DNA of 64,000 nt from Psilocybe cubensis (lineage: Eukaryota), in assembly GCA_017499595.2 (NCBI GenBank), contig CM039000.1:2728001-2792000 (forward strand). Reading direction: 5' to 3'. Below are positions 38,768-53,152 of this stretch, in pieces. The translations under genes and the position numbers were made by a program. The notes below the pieces were generated by a model, which saw nothing but the letters and a program-made list of their open reading frames with translations, was not told the DNA's origin and ran no database searches. How positions within the stretch are numbered: position 1 is the stretch's first letter; every line of letters begins with the position of its first letter.

Positions 38768-40679
38768 ATGTGGGTACTGTAAACATCCCCACATAATTAC
38801 ACTGCTTGCTCAGATTTCACTTGTAGTTCTCTACTAGAAGCAATTCGACTACCAGGCTAGCTCTGAGCCTGCGGGCAAGTATCTTGGGTTCAAAATGTTG
38901 AACAATGTGCTGCTGTGCACTTCAATTGCTATCAATGCGTTAGTATCATTCACTTCATTGCTAAACGGTCACATCCAACGAAGAGGGCTTGCACAATACT
39001 AACTCTTCTGCAGATTTTGTGCCGGCGGGATGTTCACATTTCCTCTGATATCACCGGTCTTGGCGGAGCACATGCGTTTGTCCCAACCTCAATTAACGAC
39101 GATCATCTTAGCGTGAGGCATTTTCATCGAACTGTGTGGTCGTGCTCACGGGCGAACCAACAGCGGTATGATGAGCCAGTACCCGGTTGCGGTGCTGGTT
39201 GGATCAATCATCGACCTTTATGGTCCTTCGTCGTGCTCCCTCATCGGCGCAGTGTTATTCTCTTCAGGATTTGGCTCTTTGGCTCTGGAAGTGAAGAATG
39301 CTTCTGAAGATCTTTCTCTGCAATCTTCGACGGTAGCTTTCTATCGCTTGACTTTATCTTTTTTATTGATTGGTTTAGGGACTGTCTTTTCGTGGGTTTT
39401 CTCTACTTTTAAACTCCATGGAATTCTCAAGTTGAAATCTTTCTAGGTATTGCTCGTCCATCTTATCGGCGCCAAAGTTCTTCCCAGAACGTATTGGACT
39501 TGCTTCTGGGGCAATCATGGCACTTTTTGGGCTATCTCCGTTGTTCTTCTCTACCATTGCAACTACCTTCTTCATGGAGAAAAACACCGGGGTCTTGGAT
39601 GTCGCTTCCTTCACCTCGTTCGTGGCACTACTCACAACCGTAGTCTACGGTGCTGGTTACATCAACTTAAGACGATATCAATGGCCGCCAGAACTCACTG
39701 AAGAGATTGTAACCTTACCTGATGAAACGTCACCATTATTGGCTTCGGCGCGTGTGGTGGAAGACCTTGAACAGATTTGTCATGGGGATCCTAACCCACA
39801 CATTCCAAACTTGCCGCAATTATTCAAGAAAATAGATTTCTGGTTGCTTGTATTCTTCTGTGTTTTCGTGTTGGGAGTAGTAAGTGTCTTTAATTATTCT
39901 CCTACATCCATAACTCACTTGACGTCGCACATACTTAGTCAGAAATGATAATATCCAATATGGGCAGTATAGTCTCGTCACTACCAACGCAAGCAGCGTC
40001 TTTAATATCCATGGACTCGTGTGTGGCCTTGCAAGTGAAACTTATATCTGCTGCAAATACATTGGCCCGAATTGTTGTTGGTCCACTCGCCGATTACGTG
40101 TCACCCATTCATGTCCACCGCTCGGATGATGTTCCCGCGAGGCCTCAGAAATATATCATCAGCCGATTTTCATTTCTTGCTGCTTCGGCAATAACGTTAA
40201 TTCTAACATTTTTTTGGCTACAGTTTGGGATTAGGACCCAAAGTCAGCTCTGGGCGCTTAGGTGAAACTATTGCTTGCGACTCCGTATTCTGCATTTTAA
40301 ATTTCCTATATAACAGCATCGGAACGGGCTTTAGCTACAGTGCTGTATTTACTGTCTTGTAGGTGACGACGGTGACATCCGTTTGTTCAGCTTAACTTAT
40401 GACCTCTCGATTAACAGGCCCAGCTTGATCTCATCCCTTTGGGGTATGCAACATCTAGGAAGAAACTTTGGCGTCATGATGTATGCACCCTTCGTAGGCA
40501 CTCCTCTTTTCTCGTACATTTATGCCCTGGTATCTTCTACTATGAAGCATGAAGATGATTTGGGCGTATGCAAAGGTCGAGGATGCTGGCAACTGACATT
40601 TTCGGTCAGCATATGCACAACCGCAATTGCCTTGTGCTTCAGTTTGATTCTTTGGAGGCGGTGGAACGGTAGAATATAG
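38768..40679 (+). CDS. MFS transporter (Mch1/nodulin-like); start uncertain (38768 or 38895)
   Basis: AGGMFTFP, GSIIDLYGP, ALFGLSPLFFS, GPLADY, GRNFG..APFVGTPLF, C.GRGCW. Confidence 0.8.
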
Positions 40680-41129
40680 TATTTACCTATATGGCGTCTT
40701 GATGATATCAATGTAACTACAATTAACCTACTAATTTTACTCACATTTTGAACCTTTGGTCTTCTGGAAGATATCATTAACCGGCTTTCGGTATTTAATT
40801 GCCGGACTGTTCTTTTACTGGCGAAGGGTTGCTTGAGTAGAAGAGTATACAACGGCCGCCTAGTGATAATCACAATTACTCACCAGACTTACTTCAATGA
40901 ACTGCACCGTAAAATCTGAAACTGCGGTCGCCGGCGCTCGCTTCTTTTTGCAATCAGAGGGTTTGGCTGGGGTTCGCCCCTGAGAATATGTGGGAATTTC
41001 TAATTCCGAGTGAGTCTCCATTTGTGTTGCTATTCAATTGTTTTAGCTACTAAACAGGTTCATGTTCAGCTAGAGGCTAACTGTACTGCGCGTCTCTCGG
41101 TATCCTTTCTTTCTGTTCGTGCTTCCATT

Positions 41130-43155
41130 ATGCCACACACGACGCTAACTATCCAAAACACTCCTATCATTCGCACCACTCTTTCATTTAATAACACACA
41201 TTTATCTCTGCAATCATCTAATAGTGAGCACATATTGCCCTCAGTCGCGTCAAGAGTCGAGTTAACCTTGATTTTTATGCTGATTCATGGACTTTCTCCT
41301 TTAGAGGCTAAACAAGCATCACACCACCGACATGATATACCCCACCGGAGCGTTCTAAAAGCGAGCTTTGATAGCAGTTCTAAGACAGTATGCGTTGCAT
41401 ACGTTGACAAAAAGAAGAAGCGCCATAAATTGGTTATTCTTGAAGGAGCAGTTAGAGAAGAAGAGGCATCCTTTGCTGGAGAGTGGACGGAATCAGTTAT
41501 GAAGCTAGCATATGAAGGTGCGAGACATTGCATTCAATCTTGGACAGAAGCATGATGTTATTGTAGATTTCGGCGTCAAGCGCTCACGCAAACTTATGAT
41601 CTTCGTCAATCCATTTGGAGGGACAGTGCGTCATTTCTTCCTTGAACCTTTCCCATTTTCAAACATTTGATGCCCACAGGGGAAAGGAGCGACCATTTTC
41701 GCAACAAAGATCGAGCCACTGCTCAAAACAGCAGGCTGCGTGCTTGAAGTATTATGTAGGCTTCCAACAACCATTTGACTTAATACAATCTGACATTCTA
41801 TGGTCCCAGATACTACACATCGAGGACAAGCCCGTGATGTTTCGAGCAAGCTGTCGCTGGATTTCGACGCTGTGCTCACTGTTTCCGGAGATGGGTTGAT
41901 TCATGAGGTGTTGAATGGCTTCAGCGAACATAGCAACCCTCGAGGTGCATTTGCAATTCCAATTTGCCCAATACCGACAGGGTCAGGAAATGGCTTGTCT
42001 CTCAATTTGTTAGGATATGAGGTAAAGTTGACGATGTCACCTTAAGGAACGTGTGTACTGAACTAATTTAGGACGGTTTCGACGTAGTTGCTGCGGCATT
42101 AAATGCTGTTAAGGGTACGCTATATATTTTTTTATCGGTCTTCTTCTGTGTTATACAACACTTTTCATCAGGGAAGCCAATGAATGTCGATTTGTTTTCT
42201 TTCACGCAAGGTGAAAGGAGAAGCATCTCATTCATGTCCCAGGCTATGGGCCTGATGGCCGACCTGGACATCGGTACGGAGCATCTCCGTTGGATGGGTG
42301 ATTCAAGATTTCTTTACGGATTTCTACGAGGGAGTGAGTGGTCAAACCGTCTTCTTAGTACAAGCTCTAACAACCACGCAACCTAATAGTTATCGCCTTC
42401 AAACCCTGTCCAGTACAGCTCTCGTATAGGTTGGTAGAGAGTGATAAAAACAAGATGGCTGAATTTGCGCACTCCAAGAGAGCAGAAACCACAACCATTT
42501 CATCTTCGGAGTCCCAGGTTTCCGAACTAGAAAGTAAAGTAGAAGGTGCTATGCCTACGTTGAAGTATCTTCCTGACGACGAGGATGGCTGGACTACATT
42601 TGATAAACCCGTACTCTATGTGTACGCTGGTAAAGGACCGTATGTTGGACGGTAAGTGGAAAAACTGGAGCCTCATCCAAGTATTAAATGTGCTTCTTAG
42701 TGATTTCATGGCATTCCCCGTATCTCTTCCCAACGACGGCCTGATTGATGTGGCCGCAATGATCAAGGTAAACGTTTGGCTATTACTATTCCAATGCACA
42801 GTAAAATTTCTGACAACGTCCATGTACAGAGCACCAGAGGTGATATGATCGCGTCCATGGATGGAGCACCCGAAGGCGTGGGTTACTGGCTCCCAAATGT
42901 ACGCGTTACTTCACATCTACCGACGGCGTGATCTCACTTTTCTGAAAGATACACTACGCAAAAGTTCATGCGTATCGCATAAAACCACTTCACCCAAAGG
43001 GATGCTTGGCCGTAGACGGTGAAGCATTTCCCTTTGAACCATTCCAGGTTGAAGTTCACCAAGGTTTGGGCACATTTTTAAGTCCCTACGGACATTATGC
43101 TGCCAAATTTGAGCCGAAGGCACCTAAAAACTTGAACAAGACTTCTTTGCACTGA
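41130..43155 (+). CDS. Sphingoid long-chain base kinase (LCB4/LCB5-like)
   Basis: VNPFGG, SGDGLIHEVLNG, PTGSGNG, DIGTEHLRWMGDSRF, VDGE. Confidence 0.9.
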
Positions 43156-43451
43156 CGGAATCTTCTCGCAAAAAATTTATACAACATCTTTTTTGACTTT
43201 GGGTACTTAACTTATTTAAAGGGATACCGTAGAGGAACACCCATACTTATATCTGATCGACTTGCATATTTAATTATATCCCCCCTGTTTTTGTTCCATC
43301 AAAACGGAAATAGAACCCACATGCCATTCATATTTAGCTCTGACAAAACTCCCACCATGGATATCTTACCATTCCCATCGTCTCTTATTACACCCACTGG
43401 CTCACTAAGGCATACAAACCTGGCAACTATCTATCAAACCCATTCGTTCTA

Positions 43452-44576
43452 ATGCAATATTTAAGTCAAACGATTCGTACCTGTGCTGGCAGAAACCTTG
43501 GGAGTTCACTCGCTCTGGCCAGCATTCCATGTATCTTTCGGCGAACCTTTTCTGAAGCGGTCAAATTGGACGCTGTGGAAAGGCAAGGGCTAGATGATTG
43601 GAAAGCTTCCCCCCCAAGACAGACTTTTGTGGATGGGCTGAACGTCGAGCATCTTTCTGATCTTTACATCACACTACCAACTCGCGATGGCAGCAAAAGG
43701 CCGTATGAAGCCCCAGAACTGGGCGATCCGCTGCCATATGGGCACCACCTCGCGTTCTTTCACGCGCGCAGGTCTGAAGAACAGCTACGCAAGGATGGAA
43801 CAGATGAAGACATCTCCCCTCCAGCGCCATTCACCAAAAGGATGTGGGCTGGTGGGAAGATATTGTGGAAAAACGACAATCCTTTACTGGTGGGGAAGAG
43901 AACTATGGGAGTCTCAACTGTTGCTGGTGCGGAGGAGAAAGGGTTTGATAAAGGAAAACCCATGGTATTCATCACTCAGAAGATAGAATTTACTCAGGAA
44001 GGCCAGCGAGTACCTTCTGTTGTCGAAGAAAGAGCACATGTATACTTCCACGCAGAAATATTTTCCAACAGAAAGAAAGTCTTTGATCGCGCAGGTAATT
44101 CTCTCCAACCAGCCAATAGGTGAAAGAATCACGCTCATAACTGACGTTCTCCAGTAAACGATATCCCAACTACTGTTGACTTCTCATTTGAATATACGCC
44201 AACGCCGATTACATTATTTCGATACTCCGCATTGATGTTTAATGCACACCATATTCATCTTGACAAGGAGTATTGCGAAAAAGAGGAAGGCTATCCTGGT
44301 ATGTGAAGCCTATCCACCAGACTTTGACAAACACTGATTGGCTTTTAAGAACGCGTGGTACATGGACCACTCACAGCTCAAATGCTGTTAGAGACCGTCA
44401 ACATTCATTTCCCTGATCTCAAGTTCCAAAAGTTCGAATACCGTGCCACAAACCCCTTATTCGTCAATCGTAAATTGACCATAAATGGAAAATGGGTCGA
44501 CAAGTCCAACATCTTGGTATGGTGCAGCGATATGAACGGAATAGTCGGGATGACCGGAAAGGTCTTGACACAGTAA
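43452..44576 (+). CDS. HTD2: Mitochondrial hydroxyacyl-thioester dehydratase type 2 (hot-dog fold)
   Basis: Presequence-like N-terminus, LPYGHHL, RMWAGG, LFRYSALMFNAHHIHLD, VHGPLT, YRATNPL. Confidence 0.85.
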
Positions 44577-44584
44577 CTGTGTAG

Positions 44585-45879
44585 TTAGAAACCTTAATAT
44601 ACGGGAGCAAATATCAATGACAATGAACGGTTTAACGTTTGAGATACTTACCGTATTTGTTGCCAGCCTCTTTTCGGTTTCGTTTTCCTTGAGCTATTCT
44701 CTCCTCGAGGGCTTCTCTGTTTTCGTACGCTTCTTTCAAGAGCGTTGAAAGTTGATGACGCGACCTTGCTATTCCACTGGTCTTGCTTGCCTAAGATCCA
44801 GAAATAAACCTAGGACGAGACTTGGACTTGTAAAAAAACACATACATTGATGTTCATCTTTGGGGCAACAGGGACTCCTCCAGCTCCTTGTGTAATTGCC
44901 TTTTTCTCTTCTCTTTCTTGGATCTCCTTCTTTGCCTTTTCCATCTCTTTTAAAGCATCAACCTCTTCTACAGCAGCATCTTGGAGTCCTTCGAAACCTT
45001 TGATTGTGCCTTTCTCTAACGCACGAACATAGTCATTGTATTCCTTCTGCCACTTTTTCACGAATTTGTCGTAGTACTCAGGATCATGTGCAGCCCATTG
45101 ACCAGAAGGCAGCTGGTAGTACCCAGGATATTGATCAGTCGGTGTTGGCTCAGGTATCTCGAATGTGGGTAATGCAGGCGCAGATGATATCGTGGTCTGG
45201 ACGGACGATGACGATGCCACCTGGGGCGCAGAGTTGACGGATTTTGACGACCCTAAACAGATAAAAATAAAAATCTTGTTGACCACGATTCAAGACACGA
45301 CATACCCAAAGAGAAAAAGTCAACAGCAGGAGCCGATGTAGCTGGTTTGAATTTAATTTGGGCGAGGCTCGTTTCTTCCACTGAGATATTTTTTCTCCCT
45401 TTTGCTACTGAAGTCGGTCTGAAGAGGACAGAAGCAGATGAGGTGTCCTCTTCGGGTTGCTCTACCCTACTAGATGTATAGGCCTCTTGTTCAAGATTAG
45501 CATCGGTAGATTCGGCGTCGGAAGTGCGGGCAGTAGCGTTGAAATTCAAAGCTTTACCTGAACCTCCACCAAGCACGCGAGGTTGCGCTTGAGGTACGGG
45601 ATTGCTCTGTTTCGGAGTAGGAAGCATTGATAGTAGAGATGAACTCCCAGCGCCAGTCTTTCGCTTCTTTACTGGTCTGTCATTATCCTCGGACTCTTTG
45701 GCGTCATCGTCCTTGGAAGCTGACATAGTTGGAAGCGCAATTGTGATCTTTTTGGGAGGCCGCTGGGGTTTGACCGTTGGTTTGGGGGCTGTTTTGGGAG
45801 CAGAGGCGCTGGTAGAGGGTGCATTTGTGGTATCCGGGGCAGTATCACTATCGCTGCCATAGTCTTCGATGCCGAGCAT
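44585..45879 (-). CDS. PRCC/MAD2B-interacting (Cwf20-like) protein
   Basis: MLGIEDYGSDSD, LLSMLPTPK, DFFSL, C-terminal RHQLSTLLKEAYENREALEE..KYG/F*. Confidence 0.8.
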
Positions 45880-46298
45880 GGTGGTTGCAATTAGAGCCGC
45901 CGCTGAGCGTTAATTAGACAATTACATCAGCCGCCAGATAGTTCCCACAGCTGAACAGGCAGTATGAAGGAACATATAAACAGATAATGGAGGTCTTGAA
46001 AAAGAAAACAGAGAACAAGTTGTTATGGTGTATATAGCAGACTGCATTGTTTACGCAGATGGGCGCTTTACCCCCCTGTCTTGGACTAATTGACACAGTA
46101 AGACTCCTCCATCGTCACCTCCGCACGTGCCATCAAGAATCTGGCAGATTTTAGAGTGGCTCGCTGTGAATGTCGAATTGCTCGTTGCCGTTCGCAGCCC
46201 TCGGCCCTCAGTACCCGTCAAGCATCATTTCCGTACGCTGGTGCCACATAGTCTCTAAATCGGTCTACTGCGAACCATTCACTTTCTGAACTCAAACC

Positions 46299-49200
46299 AT
46301 GCAGTCGGATTCGGTCGCCGTCAAAGTTGTTTGCTTCCATATGTCATCCTAGAAAATACTCAACTAACTCTGTCACCAGTCCCAGCTTCGCTTGACCAGT
46401 CAAAGGTTAGGTCAGGTCCAGGCTAAAAATGACTCCCAGGCCAACATCACACGTACCGACATCGCTACCCTATTACAGCGAGATAATGTTCCCCTGGCTC
46501 GCGAGAAGGCCGAGAAGTTGATTATGGACGAGGCGTACGGAGACCTTTTGGAGGAAATAGAAATGCAAATAGGGGTGTTACTCGAAAAATATAATGAATT
46601 GGAGCGTCAGTACGTCAACTACTCTCCATAGTTGTTTCGCGTCCAGAACCCTTATTATGGCTGACCCCTAGGACGCCTCCAAGCCCTGTCATGATAGAAG
46701 CTATATCGACGATAATTTACGCTACCCCTTATGTTCACTCTAAAGGTTTGTAATTAGCAATCTGTCTTCGTAACAAGATTCTGACTTAGGATAGACCTTG
46801 ACGCTATAAGAAAATATCTAATTGACCTCGTCGGGCCCGATTTTGCGCGTTCTGCAGCTGGAAATCGTGATCATCACGTATCGAAGCGCGTTTTGAAAGC
46901 TATTTCAGCGCCAATTCCATCTGCATTTCAGTTGGACGGTTATCTGGAAGAAATTGCAATGGCATACGGTGTTTCGTGGAACCCAGAACCTGCTCCCCAG
47001 AATATGTGTGTGGTGTTTTAAACTTTTTTTAGTTTCAAACTCATGAATTATATAGTATAAACTCTCTCTCTGAAGCTCTGGATGTTGAGGCAAGTCCAGA
47101 GGTTGATTTAAGAGAACTCCGACGCCTGTGCTCACAAGGTTAGTACAAATCCAGCATATTCTACTTAAGGTCACTCACAATTTTACTGTAGGTATTCCTG
47201 ACGAACCTGCGTGGCTACGTCCTAGAATATGGAAGTGAGCATGATTTCGGAGTTGCAGGTCTTTTTATGAGCTAATTGGCACGCAAGACTTTTCTTCGGT
47301 GTTATTTCTATCAAGAAAGCGAGTTGGAAGACGGAATCACTAAAGCACAGAGAGGCATACTATGTTTGTTCAATTTATCATTTTTGTTACTATTCTACTA
47401 ACAGTCATCCAGGACCTTGTTCGCAGATTGTTGGAACCGTTTTCTCGTGCCCAGACAAGCCACACTCCCCATGATGACACACTTCTTTCTGTGTATAAAC
47501 AGCTGTCTGGATTGCCAAGGAACATATTTGCACTCCTTGAAGACGAACCCGATTCATCTCTGCAATGTCCCCTGCACGAAAATGCTCCAGAATCGATACG
47601 AATAATTTACGCCAACGACCTTGAATCTCGCGTAAAGACTCTCCTACATCAAGCCAACGACGCTTCCGACATCACACCTACTCCTGAAATCCGGCTAGAA
47701 TCTGATGCTGACACTACTCCTGGTATATCGCTAACACCTGCTGGTGAGGAAACCGCGGAAGACAGCACGTCGACAACTCTTCTACCATCGCGCAAATGCC
47801 TTTTCGGAAACGCACATCCAAAACACTGCTCCTCTCTACTCCGTCTTCTTTATCTTCATAGTACAATAAATCCTGGTGGTTTATCCTATCATACAGCTTC
47901 AATTTTGGTCCCTCTTCTTTCGGCTTTGACACAAGAAGTAGAGCTGGATGACATTGGCCATGTCGAAGCTGATACATTCTGGCTGCTTGAAGCAGTTCTA
48001 GCAGAGTTCTCTGGCTTGGAAGACGATGATGGACGCGTTTGGATGAAAAACTTTAGTGAACGTCTTGCTTGGGCAGACTTTGAGTTCTCTTCCGACTTGG
48101 TCAGCCTTTCTTTATATGAAGATGAATTTCAACTCATTGTATCTATAGGAAAGTCGAAGTTTGGATCCGGCGTTGCCTCACTATTCATAGTAAGCTGAAT
48201 ATATGCGCTTTGACGATATGGTCTCTAACATTATTCGCAGCCGATGGTTGATGCCATTACTTACTCATACCCTACCCCTGCCTTCACTCTTTCTGACTTG
48301 GGATGCTATCTTCTCTCGACCTCCTAGAGAAAGAGGCTCCTATCCCAAGCTCGATTACCTTGTGGATGTCTGTACGAGTATGCTCCTCAGGTCAAAGAAT
48401 CACCTATTTAGGTACGTTTCCGTAATTATATCATGTCCTCTATTGGTTTGACGTGTGTATTAGACTATGGAATACTGGACGAACAACGCGCAGCCTATGG
48501 AGCACCGAAACTTCAGTCCAGTCTCCCGCTAACGGCCAAGACTCGTTCATGGAAGTACTTTCTTTTCTCCAAAATTACGACCTGAGATATGTGGGTGGCG
48601 TTGAGAGAATTATTCAGACAGCATCTGAGCTTTATCATCGTCGCCAACAACAAACTGTCACCTCTCAACAGCCATCACTTAGTCTGGGTGCGCGTCTGAA
48701 GGTGAATATGTGGAAAGGCTTTGGCTCGGCTCCGAATCCCACATATGATGCTTCCAGCATTGACAAGAAGCGTGACAGCAGTGATTATGCAGATGGTGAC
48801 GAAACTGAGACATCGGAAACAATTCGCAAGACGACTTTGGCCTCTCGCGTTTCTGATACTGTTTGGAGAGGTATAACCAATAGATCTGCCATGGACGACG
48901 AAAACCCTTCAGCCCCGCCTTCGCCAGTCCCGCCTACCTCCCCAAACACGCATGCTGAGAAAGCCCTGAATGTATCATCTTCCCCGCCCGCACAATCTTC
49001 CAGCCTTTGGAACTACGCCGAAAAGTTGAAGGACTCTGATGCTGTTGCGACGATCTCCAAGGTTAGCACAAACTGGCGCGTCAAAGGCATCTTAGGCGGG
49101 TGGGGCATGAGCAAGCCTAATTCTCCGACGACATCTTCTGGAAACGAGAAAGAACCAATACCTCACGTAGAACAGAATATGCAAGGAAGACGCGGCTCTC

Positions 49201-50462
49201 TCCCATTTCTACATTCGCCAACAATGATACCGCCTCCCTCGGCCTTGTCATCTCCTGATGTGGGATTCCGGAGCCCTGAGCTATCTCCCCCACTGCCCAA
49301 TAGTGGGTTAATTGGAAAGACCAAGTCGCTCATCTCTCGTGCCTCTCAACCCGCCACGCCTAAGTCAGCACCTAGGCCATTACTCCTCGGTACATCGACA
49401 TTTGTTACCCCCAGCCCAAGGGACTCAGTATCCAGCAAGCACCCTCGATCTGCGAGTACTGGTACAAGAACGCCCGATACGGATGAATGGGCCGAAGTGA
49501 TGAAAGCAAAGCGACAGCATTTCAACAGGGATTCTCAATCCTCTGTATCATCTTTGTCTCCTTCTGATGCGTTTGGGCGGACGCCAAAGTCGACTCGGTC
49601 AGACAGGGAATCTGACAGTTCAAGTCGTATTGTATCCATCAATCGACGCTCTGTTTCCCCAATGGCACCCTCTTTCAGAATCGGTCAAGCCCGCTCGTCT
49701 TCGCGAGCATCATCGGTTTCTTCTTCTGGGTTCAGTAGTCCACCGTTGCTGGCAAAATCACCATTGCAGGAGAGCAGCTTGATTGAGGATGAATCTCTTG
49801 CCCAGCAAGCCAGAACTCGGCATGTTTTGCAATCATTCAGCACGCTGGACACTTCACTCCAAAGCCGTTCATATAGCGAGAAGGAATCTGACTCTGATGT
49901 CACTTCCAGTGAACTACCTGTCCCTACCAGGAAGCCATCATGGAAGAAGAATATTGAAAATAACGGCGAGTCTGAAGACACCGCGAATTCCACCTCAGCC
50001 GGTGTCCCCGTTCGTGCTCCTAGGGTACGGTCAAAACGATATCCTCGTCCAGCCAACCTTCAGATCCAAGACGATAAATCACCCCGGTATGCTGCTGAGC
50101 AGAAAACCCCAAGCCCTTCTACTTTGAAAGTAGAATGGCCCGGTGAATATGAGAACGTTGCGACTCCCAGGGCAACTAGTTTTGATTCGGACGATGCTCC
50201 AGGTATACCCAAGTCTCCACGCCGGTCGAGAAAAATATCCACTGGTGACGGTGAACGCCCCCGAAAACTATCGACAGACACATATAGAGAAGAGAGGCCA
50301 CGCAAGCTTTCGTCAGGCAGAACCCGAAAAGTGTCAACGGAAAGTAGAGAGGTACCTCGAGCTCGAAGAGAAAGCGCAGCCGAGGAGGGTGACGACGAAG
50401 GGTATGACGAATTATTGAGTGCATACGAGAGCGAGGATGCGCCCAACGTGTCGACGCGTTGA
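46299..50462 (+). CDS. Ist1 (Vps4 regulator) domain + TBC/RabGAP-like domain + long Ser/Pro-rich tail
   Basis: SQLRLTSQRL..DIATLL..AREKAEKLI, EAISTIIYA (Ist1); LRRLCSQGIPDEPAWLRPRIWK, EADTFW, RWLMPLLT..WDAIFS (TBC); exons join in frame. Confidence 0.8.
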
Positions 50463-50546
50463 AGTGATTAGATTGTACACACTATTTCATTGTTTCATTG
50501 ATGGAAGGCCACTGTAGTTTTGTTTACCTTGTCTTTTTGCACATTA

Positions 50547-51284
50547 TCAACCCATCATATTGGTTTTCATCTTGCTTTCTGTCATTTGCAGTGATCTGGA
50601 CAGTACGAACTGATGTATTCCTTCAAATGTTTCCAGAAGGATGGGATGAGGGGGAAGCAGATTCTAAGCTAGTGTTAACAATGTCAAGGGTACAGAGGGA
50701 AGTACTCGCACCTGGAAAGCAACGTCCATCCCTGACCCTGAAGACATGGTCTTCTTCACCATGGCTAGATAGTAAAGCACATTCCATCCACTGAGACCTT
50801 CGTTGATAATAATATCTTCAAGCGTGGTTGAAGAAATAAAGTGTTTGCTCGAAAAGAGCGACCCCAATCCCGGAAACCCTCGATGTGTCTCAAGTTGGAT
50901 TCCGTGTGGGGGCAACAAAATAACAGATTCTACAGGTACATTAAGTATAGTATAAGGAGTAAGAGATTATCACAAACCATAAAGAATTGTCAGGAAGGTT
51001 TGTTTGGCTAAGAAAAGGAGGATGATGACGATGAGAGGGTAAGAGTAGACATGTGGAAGCTATGCTGAATCAGACAAGATATATCATGTATAGTTGTAGC
51101 GCACCAGTTGAGCCAAAGTTGCTATGCACAAAGGTAGTAGCAATGGCGCGAAAGATAGAGACAATATGCCATGATAATCACCGAGGACGCGTCGGTTCCG
51201 TACTCGGTACTCCCGACAACCTGCATATTTGATTACAGAAAACTCGGGATGGTCAGGTAAAGGATGAGATATTGAGGGTGCCAT
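50547..51284 (-). CDS. PIGH: GPI-GlcNAc transferase subunit PIG-H (Gpi15)
   Basis: ESVILLPPHGIQLETHRG, FI..LEDIIINEG, YYLA, VAFQ/NLLP. Confidence 0.82.
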
Positions 51285-51649
51285 AGTGAATGTGGAGTAG
51301 TGATTGGTAGGCATTATAAAGGCACAGACCCCATGTGTAGACAGAGAATGTGGTCAGAAAGAAACCAGTGGCCGAGCAGGTTGGTGCTAATTGCGCGCGG
51401 TCTCGTGACTTCCCTAACCCAGTAACCCCCGCCACCTCCTGTCTCAAGTCAAGAATCAATGTAGACAATTAGGCCCGGTCACAACATAGAGTTATTGACC
51501 CTGGATTACAAGCCATATATGCGTGCGAGTGGGCGCCAATCTAACTTGGATGGCTCGACGTTTGCTCTATTTATAGATCACGCAGTTGTACATGTACATA
51601 TACAATCCTAGTGAAACACAATGCAATATATCTACATGGCGCGGAGCAC

Positions 51650-52554
51650 TCAAGAGTGCAGGTGGTTTATGAGTTTCAAGGATAATATCGCAATGAGCGT
51701 GGCTCCGATGTATATGCCAATTCGAACTTTCAAGGTATTCTCGGTCAAGAATGGATAGGGAACTGGACATCGAAAGGGTACATGAGCAACAATTTGATTG
51801 GGAAAAAGTTAGGACCGGCTTACAGATACCATTGTTCATGCGAGCACAGTGTTCTACCCACAGAGTATACCACAAAGAAAAGCCAATTGCAGCAATGGGA
51901 GCGCCGACCTTGACTTCTTGTTTGTTATACTTCTTCTCGAAAATAAAGAAATCGATCAGGAGAGAGATACAAGGAACTGCGTGTAAAGCTAGATCAATGG
52001 AGAGGGGTATGTGAAAGAGCTCTGGTGTTATGGGGGAGGAGCTGGGTGTGCTCGATTCGGAAGGAGAACTGGCCTGGAGAATAAGATGAGGAAATACGGT
52101 GACCAGTGACCAGTATATAGTTGAGATGACAACGGAAAGCTTTCCACACATAACCTCAGTACTTGCAACTAGACGTTGGATTTAGAGCGCACCGGCATAG
52201 CCATGACCATTAGATATCGTTTGGTGGTCCTCAAAACTAAGTAATATCCGTGAGTATGGCTCAAGGGTTTTCGGAGGATCAATCAAATTTACTCGAAAGT
52301 GGAAATGCTTCATAAAGTAAACTTGTCGTCATCGTTAGACACGCTAACGCAAGACTATAACACGACAAGGTTGTGAATTTTAAGGCAATCAAATTTCTTT
52401 CCAAACGCTGCACGCACCCTTGAATTGTGAGGAACTGTAGATGGCCACCATATTGCTGGCTCATGATCTCGTCGATTGCTAAACCTCCTAGCGAATTGTA
52501 TCCGCGGACCATCATGGTCAAGGATAGTCCCCTCACAAGAATTCGAAGTGCCAT
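51650..52554 (-). CDS. FAR-17a/AIG1/ADTRP-family membrane hydrolase
   Basis: YGGHLQFLTIQG (catalytic Thr), IDLALHAVP (catalytic His), FPYPFL. Confidence 0.85.
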
Positions 52555-53152
52555 CCGCAGAATGATAATCTAGGTATCGAGAGAGGTAGTCTGTCTTCCC
52601 CAGACCCCGACTACAGGTGGCCAAAGGTAAGGATGAAAAAGGTCAACGTTTGAAAATGTTACCTGACAGACTGTCTAGATTTTCAAATCAACCCACGTAC
52701 AACAAAAATCACTGTTCAAATATTGATCAAGTCAGAGCATCATGCACATGTTATTTGAACTACCCGTTTGCATTTTCTTCTCACGAACCAGTCCCATGAG
52801 CGCGGTGATCAGACATCCGGGAAACCACTAGCATTTCCATGGGGCTTCGAAGCTGTATTTTAGCACAAAAAACGCGTCAAATCAGTCACACAAAATGCGT
52901 CATATCAGTTGGTGGAGACAGAACTACCAGTGCCTGCTCTTTTTTGGATCAGCCAAATATCAACTCACGGCCTGGCTTCCGAGCCAACCGGCACCTTCCC
53001 CTCGGCCTCCATTGGAATCGTCATCCGCGATTCAGCTTGCGAATACTATAGGACCACCACAAAACGAGTCACGCTAACATTCCCACAACTATCTTGCAGT
53101 GGATTCAACGACTATAAATCTCCAGCCATAGCCACGAACTATATCTCCAATC

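Noticed and set aside
41130-52554. Lipid gene cluster (LCB kinase, HTD2, PIG-H, AIG1)
   Set aside because: Different pathways and compartments, interspersed with unrelated genes
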